A stretch of DNA of 64,000 nt from Botryllus schlosseri (lineage: Eukaryota). A program made the translations under genes and the position numbers. A model generated the notes under the pieces. That model ran no database searches, was not told where the DNA came from, and worked only from the letters and a program-made list of their open reading frames with translations. Position 1 is the stretch's first letter. The number at the start of each line of letters is the position of its first letter. Shown here one piece after another: positions 23,382-35,700 of the stretch. The stretch lies in NCBI GenBank assembly GCA_051294905.1, contig CM119372.1:10914001-10978000 (forward strand). The letters are read 5' to 3'.

Positions 23382-25405
23382 CAGACATGGGGTGATTACT
23401 TCATGAATGTAATCGATTGCGATTACGATTACTTCGGAATCACGCGATTACGATTACGATTACGATTACAGCAAAATCAGGAAGTAGTCGATTACGATTA
23501 TGATTACATTGGAAAAGTAGTCACGATTACTCACGATTACATTTATTTTGCATATTGGTAGTTATATTGGAAGACAATACATGGATTGCGCTGAAAAGGC
23601 CTAATGAGATAACATATTTCTTTAAAACAGATGCGAAATTTGCTTGTTACGTCACAATGCACATATTGCCCATTTTATAAAGGACAATTTATCGCACCCA
23701 ATGATTTGCATTATTGCCAGGTCCATAGCTGCTGCACCCCACATGCTCCAATAGGGTGTGCAGCGTGCTCGGAGGGGACTCAAAAGTATTTCGTGAACCA
23801 ACATAAATTATAGCGTATTCTCGACAGATTTCATTAACTTGAAAATTCTCTTTGAGCTTTGCCATTTAAATGTCTATAGATAGCTTGATTTCGAAGTGCA
23901 AACGTCTCCCCTCAAGAAATAAAGGATGCATAACTCATAGTAATATGCATTATGGTGCCAGTCAATACCGCGCCCCGACACACCAAAAGACATATGCAGT
24001 TTAGGCCAACATGCGACTCTACGAAGTGTGCTATCAAAGAAAGACGTTGGCCGAAATTTGGGGTATGTGTCCATTGTCAATAGCCGCGCTGGGTGGGCGT
24101 GACTAACAGTCCGGTCCTTCCAATCTGAGCCCACGATGCAAATGCCACGCAGGCACCCACAGAGCATTAGACATGACAATTTGTGTGTGCGTCTCACGAA
24201 AGTTTTTCTTTTAGTCTGCTAAGTTTGGGCCACTACAATTTCTTTTGACTATATAACAGACCCGAGGTCACGAATTAACAACATGCACTACAGTAATTAT
24301 TGCAAGAAACCAGATGTTATAATTATGGATTACGCGCCCCCTGCTCTTCAGGTAAGTCTGACCATCGGAGGCTGAGATGGGATTAAAAATGCAATATAAT
24401 GCAATTACCAATGTTATTGACGAAATTAAATCTTCAAGTTAAAAATTGACTACCCTTTGGGGGCCCAAGACCAACGTTTGGAGTGGAGGACGATTTTGCT
24501 GTTTTGATCCAGATTCTAGCTACAACCCACGCTAACATGGTATATACTATAAGCCGGTGGCTATGGCGGCAGGTCCAAATCTTCAGTAAAGAATTGTGAA
24601 ATAGCAATTGACGCCCGTTTGGAGTAGAATAATATGAGAATAAGAGGAGGTGAAAATAAAATTCGGCCTCCAACTTAATACAGATAATGTAATGCAAGCT
24701 GCCATTACGAGAAATGGCAAAAAACGGCGCGGTTTTGATATATATCAGCAGCTGTTGATTTTTTATGCTTTGTTGTGGAAACCGTAATATTTTATTTGAT
24801 GAGTACAAAATTTCAAATCTTTGTCTGGTGTACGTTCGTACCAGCACATAGGCTTACTGCTCGCCAAGCAGCAACGGTCAAATTGCGTCTAACTAAGCAT
24901 AACCAAACATCAATACAAAAGTTGCTATTCTAAACTAGGCAGAGAGGGGATTAATTATCCTGCAGCGAGGTAGTGGCGTCTGAAATATATTGATAACCCG
25001 ATATACTGAACGGTGGGTGTTTTACAATCACACTAATGTACATCGACTATCTATTTACTATAAGTGTGGAATGTGGATACTTCTTACGCAAAGACGAGCA
25101 CAGCTAATAGGCTACTTCTGACGTAATAATGAGCAATGGCATTTGAAAATCAGACGTTTGTGACTCAATAACTGGTATAATATATCTTGCTTGTTAACGA
25201 ATGTTCAGTTTATGTCACAGTCGTCGTACAAATAAAAAGTAATCGTTCTTTCACAAAGAAATCGATTAAATATGCGAAGTAGTCGATTACGATTACGATT
25301 ACTTCGGAATTTTTTCGAATGTAATCGATTGCGATTACGATTACTTCAAAATGCTGTAATCGTCGTAATCGATTACGATTACTAATCGCGATTACCCCAT
25401 GTCTG
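23382..25405. mobile_element. hAT-like non-autonomous element with (GATTAC)n subterminal arrays
   Basis: TIR CAGACATGGGGT / ACCCCATGTCTG; perfect TSD GACATTAC at 23374-23381 and 25406-25413. Confidence 0.88.
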
Positions 25406-25883
25406 GACATTACTACGCTAATCATTGAGTCACCGCCTTGAAACTTGGTACAGTGCTAGATGACAGCATCAAAATATACCATACTAAATCCTGTCACCCA
25501 ATCCGATATGGAACACAGTCAAAATCAACAAAGACCAATGATATATTATACACATACACATATATCTCATTGACAAAGACCAATAGCGACTCTGCCCCTG
25601 CGACTCTGCTGAAGACGGATCGACAATAACAAAGATCTGATCTTAATGGCTACTCCAAGTTGTTTCGACACCTTCCTATCTTTTCATTGTATCGCAGTCC
25701 TGTGATGTTTTGAAACGATGAAAATATTAATAAACCTGATTGATTGATTGATTGATTGAGTCATGAAAGGTATCAGGGCGTGACGGTCACGTGATTTTTC
25801 GAGTGTCCACCTCCACATCACCTTTGAGTACACGCTGGTTACACGGAAAAGGTCCCCTGCTCCAATGATATATATACATATAT

Positions 25884-26832
25884 TAGGGTTACCATATTTT
25901 TGTAAAGCAAATTCCGGACACTCTTTAGCGCCCACTAGCGGATTTTAAAATGAGGTTTCACTCATTAACCGTGAATTTGACGTCACACTGGCAAAGCATT
26001 GTTCATCGACTGTATACACTATACAGGAATGGAGTGGAACATAGGTCATGGATTGGGCCATCTGTAATGTGAGCTCTGGTGATTGCCACTTGCTAGGGTC
26101 TGCTATAGATTCCTCCAGGGGTCAGATAAAATCATCTGGCGGGCCGTGTCTGGCCTGTCAGGATTGTGTTTGGCAGTCCTGCTATACTGTTAGGTCGGTG
26201 GGCTATCTGTATATGTGTTTTAATCAGAACTGAAATAAAATGCACCAGCCGGTTGCACATCCGGTGATTTCACACCTTTATGGTCGCGACCTCATTCCCC
26301 ACTTGAAAATGTTCCGTGGCAAAGGTTAAAACTTGATAACTGATTACTAATAAAATTCAGCTTGCTCAAACTTACTCAAGGCCTGCTGATTACGTCCAAC
26401 ATTATCGTGATCCCCAGATAGAAGTGAACAACCCCAAAACTTGGAACCACTTTCTGTTATTGAAGCATCCAATCGGCCTTAACCAGCTCTAGGAATATAC
26501 CGTTAGCTTATAATTGCGATTCCAATCGGACTTATTTCAGTAAATGATATATTACTTTTGATGGCATTTTTGGAGAGGGTGATGCCGCTGTTGCCCATAC
26601 TAATATCATTATACGTTGCATTAACTCGCGCCCGGCGCGAAGAACAATTTTGAATAGCATAAACCTGCTTGAAAATAATATTGTTTATGTTGATTTACGA
26701 AAAACTTTTGAGCCTGCTTCAAGCCTTCAAAATTCCGGACATTTAGGCATATTTTAGAAATTCATCCCGGACGCAGATTTTTCAGTGAAATTCCGGACAT
26801 GGCCGGAAAATTCCGGACGTATGGCAACCCTA
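25884..26832. mobile_element. hAT-like MITE
   Basis: TIR TAGGGTTACCATA / TATGGCAACCCTA; TSD ACATATAT at 25876-25883 and 26833-26840; TTCCGGAC subterminal repeats. Confidence 0.85.
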
Positions 26833-27322
26833 ACATATATACAATATACATATATATAATTGCCTGCTCGGAGCAAAGAATATAGAAGGACTTCAATGTT
26901 CTTTGGCTCGGAGAGAAACCCATATCGCGATATAATATTAATGAGACAAATTTTGATGTTCGCATTCGCAGTTAAATCTTTTTATTCCTCACAACGTATA
27001 CGCGGTGTTGACGCCAGCATACCTTTATTTCATCCAACCAAAATACATAACAAACGGCAGTGATGGTGGTACAGAAAATATGCATGTACAATATTCGGTA
27101 CCTCTAAAACAAAAGGAACATAGAAATATGCCAACTTATATCATCGTCGGAGCCACTGTTGTATCATATTATAACCGTGTTTAGCCGCCCAATCATCGTA
27201 TTATTTCGAATTCTATATTTTGCGAATAAATTGTAGCTAGAATAGAACCACTATGATCCGTGATGTAATGCAATTGATGTGAGACTGTACCTTAAATTGG
27301 CTCGAACTTTGGCGATGCAATT

Positions 27323-27770
27323 TGTGATGTTCGTGTATTTACGTTTGGTGTTGTTCAACTCTTGATTTCTATAGGACTAGTAATTACCTCCAATCATTAT
27401 TTTCTCGTGTGCCGTGTTTGTATTTATACTCTCGCGTTCTGTTGTCTACTGTCGTTTCGTTTACCTGCACCGTGTCGCCTGTCTTTTAAGTTGTTCTGCT
27501 GATAATATACTGATTTGATATTGCAACCTCGTCGCATGAGTTATTGTTCAAGCAAGATCAAGAACGTATCAATTGGTGCCGGAAGTCGGATTCATAGTTA
27601 TTTCTGCGACGGATATATATCATGGAGTCAGGTATATTGAAGCTTTTCGAGAAGCAGCAGGAAATGATGGCAGAACAACGCGCACCGCACAAGGAAGAGA
27701 TGGCACAGGACAAAGAAGATACGGAGAAGCAAAATGCTCAGCATTAATAAGAAGAAATGGCGCAATTAAC
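27323..27770 (+). mobile_element. Second Gypsy fragment: LTR, PBS and degenerate gag start
   Basis: LTR 27323-27571 homologous to 4366-4622; PBS TGGTGCCGGAAGTCGGATTC; ATG 27622 gives MESGILKLFEKQQEMMA...HKEEMAQ. Confidence 0.85.
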
Positions 27771-28691
27771 GCCGCCAATGTGTCACCAATGTCGACGTGT
27801 ATCTATTTTGTCAATGTCGCCAATGCCGACAATGCCGCCCGCCATTGCCGACAATTCCGACATTGCCGACGATGCCGCTCGGGGGCCGAAACTAGGGTAG
27901 GCCTACTGTATGTAATGACAGTATTTTTGGTGACTCGACTTGAATCAATCTTGGTATTGACTTGACCTGTAGTCTAGGCTAACCATACGTTTTAAGAGGA
28001 TTTGTCCTCTTTTTTGACTTCTTTGAAAGTGTCCTCGGAGGACGTCCTTTTGTCCTCTTTTTTGAAAATTTAGGTCAGATTTAGAGCAAATTGCGAGTGC
28101 CATGCCGTAAATTGGTACAGAAGTGACGCTCCGGAGGGTATTTTTCGGAGCGAAAAACGCTATATTGAGCTCCGAGCGGAAAGATGACCTTTTTTTGTTT
28201 TGTTCTAGTCATCCACCTAGCAATGCGGAGAAAACGGTATTTTGAGCTCTGAGCGCGAAGTGATGACCTTTTTTTTTAGTCAACCGGTCACAAAGTGGGA
28301 AAAATTCACCAGTTTTTGAGAATTCTACTCCAGTTTTGCAAGTCTCAAATTTCTGAAAAAGTGTCCTCTTTTTAGATTTCCAAAATCTGGTAAGCCCACT
28401 GTACTCGAATGACGTGGACTCGAATGACATCGACCAAGTCATGACTCCAGGCTGCATGCGATATTTCAAACTTCACGAGCCGCATTTGGCGCAATCTCGG
28501 CGACGACGAACTAACATATCAAAATATCCAAGTAATTATATTTGCATCTGCTTAGTATATGACAGCGATTTCAAGTCAGCCCTTATCTTTTGACAACTCG
28601 AACCTTGGCACACATCTTCTGAACGTTATGTTTTAGTATTAGCGGATATCAATTAGGTAGGCTATAGGCCTACGCCCATTACGGTTGATAG

Positions 28692-29620
28692 CAGAGGTCT
28701 CAAACACGCGGGCCGCATGTGGCCCGCGAGACCATTTTGTGCGGCCCGCGACGTTATTTTAGATTTCGAAGTATTCGACAATATTAATCTGCCAAATATC
28801 TTGTTTTTTAATTTGAAAATGGAAAGTCGCCCCAAAACTACTCCAGAAGCCTGAAACTAGGCCTACTCATCAAACTTCACTATTACATCTCTTTTCAAAA
28901 GTTACCACGCAGTGGAAGATCAAATAATACTTCGGCGATTGGACAATTCCATTTGTGTGCCTTGGAGTCGACTTATCAAAATACACCAACCAAAACTCTG
29001 TCAACAAAAGGAGTTCGTGTACCACCTAAAAATAGTACATTGATTGCTCTCTCATTCACGAAATTTCATGCTGGTGACGTCATATTTTGTGATACGATTG
29101 TTGATATACAATGTTCTTTCCATTTCTCTACTAGTTGCTGACGATTACCCCTGACGAGTGTCAGCCGAAAATGTTCGGGTTCATTTCAATACGAATATAC
29201 TATTCAATTTCTATTGCTCTGCTGGCACAGTAATCATTATATTCAAGTCGTTATAGATCTGTTCCATATTCGAAGGTAAATCTAACGCTGATTTGATTTG
29301 ACTTAGGTAATGGCATGATCTATAGCCTTGTTATCAGGAGTATGCCCGAAACCCGGATTAGGCCGTACTGCTCCAATGCTCTGATATGAGATAAATATTT
29401 GTAAAATACTAAAATATTCTACCTATATAATTGTGACACGTCAAATTTCGGCTAACTGTAAAATTTTAACGAAACAGCTTTAACGATATCCTGATGCATT
29501 TGTACTCTCGCATGGTATCTACAACTAAATATACAGCAATTGTGCCTAGTTCAGCACGGCCCGCGGCCCCATCAAAAAGTAGGAAATTGGCCCGCGATCT
29601 GACACCCATATTGGCCTAGG
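28692..29620 (+). mobile_element. hAT-type MITE (CAGAGGTCTCAAAC family)
   Basis: Homologous to the 7870 and 11330-12074 copies; right boundary approximate. Confidence 0.65.
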
Positions 29621-30351
29621 CGGTGTAAAGAGGAGGCATGCACACTGAATGAATGTTAAGAAGATAGTATAGAAAAAGAAAGCGACAAGAATAGGGCGGC
29701 ATATCATGAGAAGCGAGATCGATTGGTCAGTCGTGTTCCGGTAATCTTCCACGGTCGCACAAATTTCTATGACCGCTGGTTGGCCATCCCTGGTTTACAC
29801 GAATGACATGGCGAGGAGGAGCCTAGATAAACTTCCAACACATTAGGTAGGAATAGCGAGGAGTCTAGTTAAACCTGCAAACACTTGGGTAGGAATTCTG
29901 GAGCCAACCTCGGTCGGACTTGAACTCGTAACCGAGCGAGATAGTGTACTTTTTGCCCGCGTACCTATACGCCTGGCCGTGTATTTTCATCGCGAATCTT
30001 ACACTGGAATGTATAAAGATTTCGACGTTTATTCAATTCAACGTAAGCCTAAAAATGTAAATAATATGATTAGTTATAAATAATTTGCGTTTGTGGCCAT
30101 GCAATCTTCAGGTATTCCCGTCAAGAATCACGTAGTATGTAGCGAGATGGTCGAAGTACTTGAGTAGCCGAGTGATGAATTTCATGGCTTCAGAATTGGA
30201 GTCGTCTGGTCGAAAAGTTATATCCCATGCAGGGATGACTTGGTCCACGTCATTCGAGTACAGGTCAAGTCAATACCAAGATTGATTCAAGTCGAGTCAC
30301 CAAAAATCCTGTCATTACAGTACCCTAGCTTCGAGCGGCATCGTCGGAATT

Positions 30352-30555
30352 GTCGGCAATGGCGGCATTGTCGGCATTGGCGACGTTGGTGACATTGGCG
30401 ACGTTGGTGACATTGGCGACATTGGTGACATAGCCGACATTGGTGACATTGGCGACATTGGTGACATTGGTGACATTGGCGACATTGACAAAATAGATAC
30501 ACGTCGACATTGGCGACATTGGTGACATTGGTGACATTGGCGACATTGGCGACAT
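30352..30555. repeat. 9-bp minisatellite (GACATTGGY)n within a dispersed repeat
   Basis: About 20 units; shorter inverted homolog with the same flanks at about 27775-27970. Confidence 0.85.
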
Positions 30556-32486
30556 GTACAAATGAAAGACACCCCTGCGGGGCTCAGGTTGAACTATTCG
30601 GAGCCGACCATTTCGGCGACCGGACATATCAATATCTGGAGTTTTCGCCAACCAGGTACTGTTATTATGCGCCGCCGATCTTCTCATTACTGCACTGTGC
30701 CCAGTCGCATGTAGGTAGGTCAGCACTTTATGTATTCATGTGTCCCGGCGCGAACATGCTGGTTGGCTCTGAAATACCTGTATCGCATAGTCCCTCATCC
30801 GCTCGTTGTATACACCTCTACACTAAAGCATCCCAGCGGTCTAACGATGTTTGGCGAAACACGGAATTACCGTTCGTCCAAATATTGCCATTGCAATTAT
30901 ATTAATTTCTGAACCATATTTAAAAATAGGGTGCGGCTGTTACGGCCCCCCTCTCCCCTAGTGTCAGATAAGAGCGTTCCAGTGAAACCAATATTGGACA
31001 AATCTTATCATGATATCACACCAATATGTGTAATACAAGGATCGCTCCATTTTCTTGATCAAGCCATATTGATGTAATGACTATTCGGCGTGCATCGCTT
31101 ATTATTGACTATCGCGCCAACACAATGGCTTCGGATATCTACAATTGTACAATGTACATTGCACAAACTATCCGACGGAGATATCGCAAAGAACGAAAAA
31201 TTGTTTTTGCTACGAGTAATTCATCAAATAGTACATAGCCTACATATTAAAAGATCCCTCTGTTGCATTTGCGAACCAAATTTATACCCTACGCGGCCCA
31301 TACTTTAAGAACCGCTGCTACAAAATAACATCGCATTTCCGATGGAATAACTATGAATTCATGTGTGCATCTCAAAATCACCGTCAAACCTGCATCGCGA
31401 TCTCCATAAATTGCCTCGCCGTCTACTGAAACTACCTTCGCTATGAGCACACCTGTCTTAGGCATTCAAATTGTTCATAATTAAATTGTTCATAATTAAA
31501 TAAATATTTAGCACACGTCTATAGTACTGCCTTCCTTAATTATATATTCTAATTCTGTTATTTGACACATTTCACAGTCACGAGATAAGCGACGCGGTTT
31601 TTTGAATGCAGTGTTATATATTTCCCTTCTCATGAGCGACTATAAATTACAAGAACAGAGTGAAAGAAGTACCATTAAGCGCAGCAGTAAATACGGGATT
31701 AATCATATTATATCATCGTCGTGATATTCTACAGTCGATAGGTAGCTATCATTGCAGTGCTTCTAATTTATCCTATCACCATAAATTCACCTGAAATCAT
31801 TGCACGATTATATTAACAAGCGCTGAAGAAGGAGCGTTAGATTTTGGCAAAATATCGCCAAAAGAAACTGAATAGATCTGACATATCCCCATAGTCAGCC
31901 TATTGGAAAATGCATACAATACCACCAAATCAAAAACGATATGACGAAATCCACAAGCCCCTTAGTATGGAAGTCACATTCGAAATTGCTAGGAGAATCA
32001 GATGCGAGAATTAGCAACTAAAAGAGCAGATAGATGAAAGAAAACACATTGAAAACCGTTGAAAGCTTATCGAATTCACTCAGCATCTCATCGCATGGAA
32101 ACTACCAAGCGTATAAGTACGGTTTGCGCCAGCACCGTCACCTCATTTCTTCAAAAGCTCTCAGTTTTTGTCACAGTGTGGATCTTCGGATACCCATGGG
32201 ATCACATTCGTCCTGACAGTGTCATAAGCGCCTTTCCGTTTCCATTGTAATCCTACTATATGCATGCCTGTGAATTTGCATTCTGATTGAACAGGTACTG
32301 TGCGCCAAACCACAGTGTTCTTCAATCCACTTCAAGCATATGAGCGCCAATGGAACATTTGGTGGCATCTCATGGGCCTCCACAGCATTGCCACATTTGC
32401 GGCGATCTCTAAGAGTACAGAACTAAGCAAGGAAAGAAGGGAAATGAAAATTTAAAATGTTCAGTCCGTTTGAATCGATTCGTTGT

Positions 32487-32782
32487 TTATGGTGCAGCAC
32501 ACTGCGAAGATTGACAGGCGCACTGAGTGGCGACTTTGTAAGTGTGCTTCTTGGTGGATCCATCAGGGCATGTCAAGTTGGCAGTCTTGGTTACTGTTTC
32601 GATGGCGGTACAGCAAGTGCACTGTTTCTGGAATGATCCAGTTTCAGACGAGAAGATCGATCCACTAGTACAGCTTCCATGGCACATGGTCATTTCGATT
32701 GGTTCTGTAGATTTACATCCCTCAAATTCGATGTGTTCGCTGAAGTCGACAGTTGGAGCACAACCGTTTGATGATTTTGTTT
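32487..32782 (-). CDS. Terminal exon: C-terminal cystine knot
   Basis: GC...GCKSTEPIEMTMCHGSC...CTCC...LTCPDGS...CAC, then TAA. Confidence 0.92.
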
Positions 32783-35700
32783 CTAAAATAAACTCGGCTT
32801 CAGTTCACTGAACAAGAAAATTTTTCTGAAGTGACATACCGGTTGCACATTTCTGACAGCAACCATCAGACACTATGTCGGTGCACGAAGGATCGATCTC
32901 TGGACAAGATGGAGCGAAACACTCGGTATAAACTTCATTCGTGTGTGGATCAGTCATACACTCGCAAGTCTTGCAAGAGTCACCTTCAAAAACAGAGATA
33001 AGATCATATAAATGAATTGTGAGTAATGTCAGGCATGAGAAAAATTATGATTCTTTGAAACCACACCAAGACGAGATCAGAAAACAGAAGGGCTGGTAAA
33101 ATTCTGTAATCTATATAGGGTAATGTTATCACGGAAACCAGATGAACTGGCTAGAGTCATATCCTTGGGCTCTAATTTAGTCTTTTAATGTCTCCTAACA
33201 TACTTTGCGTCTTGATTGCATCGAACTCACCATCAGGAGACCAAGTCTGTCCGACAGCGTATTGTTTAGAGCTGTGATGACAAACATTTGGCACGCAGTC
33301 TCCACAACACTGTCCAGCAACCGGAACATAAGTGTATCCTGAGCTGCATGTTCCGCATTTAGTAATGGTGCAAGTTGACTCGTATTCTCCCAAAGAGTTA
33401 GGAATGTCGCTGCAGGAGCATTCGTTGCAAACATCTTCCATCCATACGGATCCTGAAAGTAATTAAAATGTTAATTTTACTAATTCGCTCAAGTAGTGGA
33501 TATCTATTCAGACGAGCATAACACCAGTTGGGTACTGCAAAATACCCAAAGGATGCCATCTATATACACTTGTATCTACGAATTGCAAGATTATAGCATC
33601 AATTCTTATTAAACACATAATAGTGTTATACAATAGTTCATGAATCTCTTGTTAAACCAATATCTTTCGCTTTAATTGAAAATTAGATACAACTTGAAAA
33701 TGACGGTTATGCCGGAGATTTCTGAATGCTACATATAAATTTCACGCAATTAATGCCTAGCAGGCGCATCGTAATCGTTTTACTCGAAGTGTTGCTTGTT
33801 GTTATTTTAACAGCGATTCCGCTATGTGATTGTTGGTGGGGCTTTTTATTCATCTGCTAAATGTAAGTCCGTTCATGCCTACCTGGTGCATGTGCAACAC
33901 TGTCAAGGTAGCACATTGGTTCTGGTTCGCATACTCTGTCGACGCATCCACATTCATCTTTGGAATCGGTAGCCTTGTATCCTTCTTTGCATGGTTGTGG
34001 TTCTTTACATTCATTGCATACGCACATGGAAGTTGTGCAGCATTCGTTCACCACATTTTCAGCAAGATGTTTATTGGAAGGACAGGACATTTCTCCGGTT
34101 TCACATGATGCTGACAAAGAACATATAATTACATAATGCGCCGATGTAGATTGATACTATTTGGAACGGATGTTCCACATCCACACGATCGAGCAGTAGA
34201 TATCACCCGTATGCGATGGCAAAGGTTTTAAAACTGATATATTCATCTTGAAATTTAATCGCCTGCAGGTGCTATACGTCTGATAGTAATATGTCAACTG
34301 TACAAAAGTAGGGCAACGTATAAATGTTTTACTCACCATAGTCGCATTCACACTCGTATTCGGGACAGCATCCGTCAGGATTAGTTCTGTGTACTCGTTG
34401 ATAAGATGCGCATTTAGGCATTGCAAGAGAGCAGCTGCTAATATCACAGATACAAGATTCTTCTGCTTGAGTTGGGCAGCACTCCAGTTGACCAGGAGCA
34501 CGCACTTTTTCCTCTGTTTTGAGAAGTCTTTACAAGACAAATACAGAAAATTTAAAGAAAGCTATGACTTAAATGAATAATGTCATGGTTAAATACCTGA
34601 ATCCTGGTGTGGTTGGACAGTAGGTAGTGCTAACAGCCGGACATTGCACAGGATCGCACAGACATTCGTAAACTTCGCAGCAGTCATTCGCGGAGCTTGT
34701 TTTAACTCGTTTGTAACCGCTACCGCAGTCTTGTACGACTGGCGCGCATCTGTCTGGCACGCATCTGCACTCGTAAATTGGACAGCAGCTGCCCGCATTG
34801 GTTACTTCGGCAATTTCACCGCCAGAGCAAGTTGGAATGCCGCTATCTGCGCAAGTAGATCTGTCGCAGACGCATTCGTAAACGACGCAACATCTGCCCG
34901 ATTCAACTGCAGACAGCACATATCCTGCGGAGCACAGTGGTACGTAATAGGCGGGGCACGAGTCTGGTTTGCAGACGCAAGTTGCGGTTGGGCAGCATCC
35001 GTCTGAGTTAACAATCACGAGTTCTTCTCCTTCCTCACAAGTCTGAACGTTAAATAAAAATATTTAGGCATGTTTTGATATCTGGTCATTTGGGAGTGTC
35101 GTGATTGATAAGCGACAGGTTTCATGATATGGTGGAGAACTGAGGAACAGAGAACATTACTCTGATTGTCAACCACAAGAGGAATGCAAGAGGAGTGATA
35201 TTAAGCCGACGATATTTCATTCGCTACCAGGCTATATATCACCCAATAAGGATAGCCATGATGGCATTGCGGGATGTGGCTAATATAGCACGATACCATG
35301 ACAATATTTAATTCTCCGCAAATATATTCACTTCTGCTCCAGTTTTTGTCAGACTTCTATCAAAATATGAGTTCAAAGTCATTTCTCGCCGAGATGAACG
35401 TATTATACATCATTATACACCCTCAATAGCACAGCCAATAAGTCACCAGCTTTAGTCACTGCGATACATGCAATTCATCATGTGCGTAGTATACTTACGG
35501 TGTGAGAGACATCAACGCATGTAGCAGTGTTGCATTCGCATGTGTAAGTCATACAACATCCGCCGGATCCACTTGCGGTTGCAACCAATGTTTCCCCAAC
35601 TTCCAAGCATACTGGTCGAACGACCTCTGGACAAGTCACAGAAGAGCATCTAGTCTCGTGGTCGTCGGGCACGCATTTGTAGATTGCGCAGCATTCTTCC

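Noticed and set aside
4366..27571. One 23-kb LTR element that captured RPUSD4
   Set aside because: The second LTR is visibly diverged and is followed by a PBS and gag start; no shared TSD
30287..30726. Metallothionein-like CxxC ORF and SPM/VAN repeat ORFs
   Set aside because: Translations of a 9-bp minisatellite that is open in several frames; no splice or gene context
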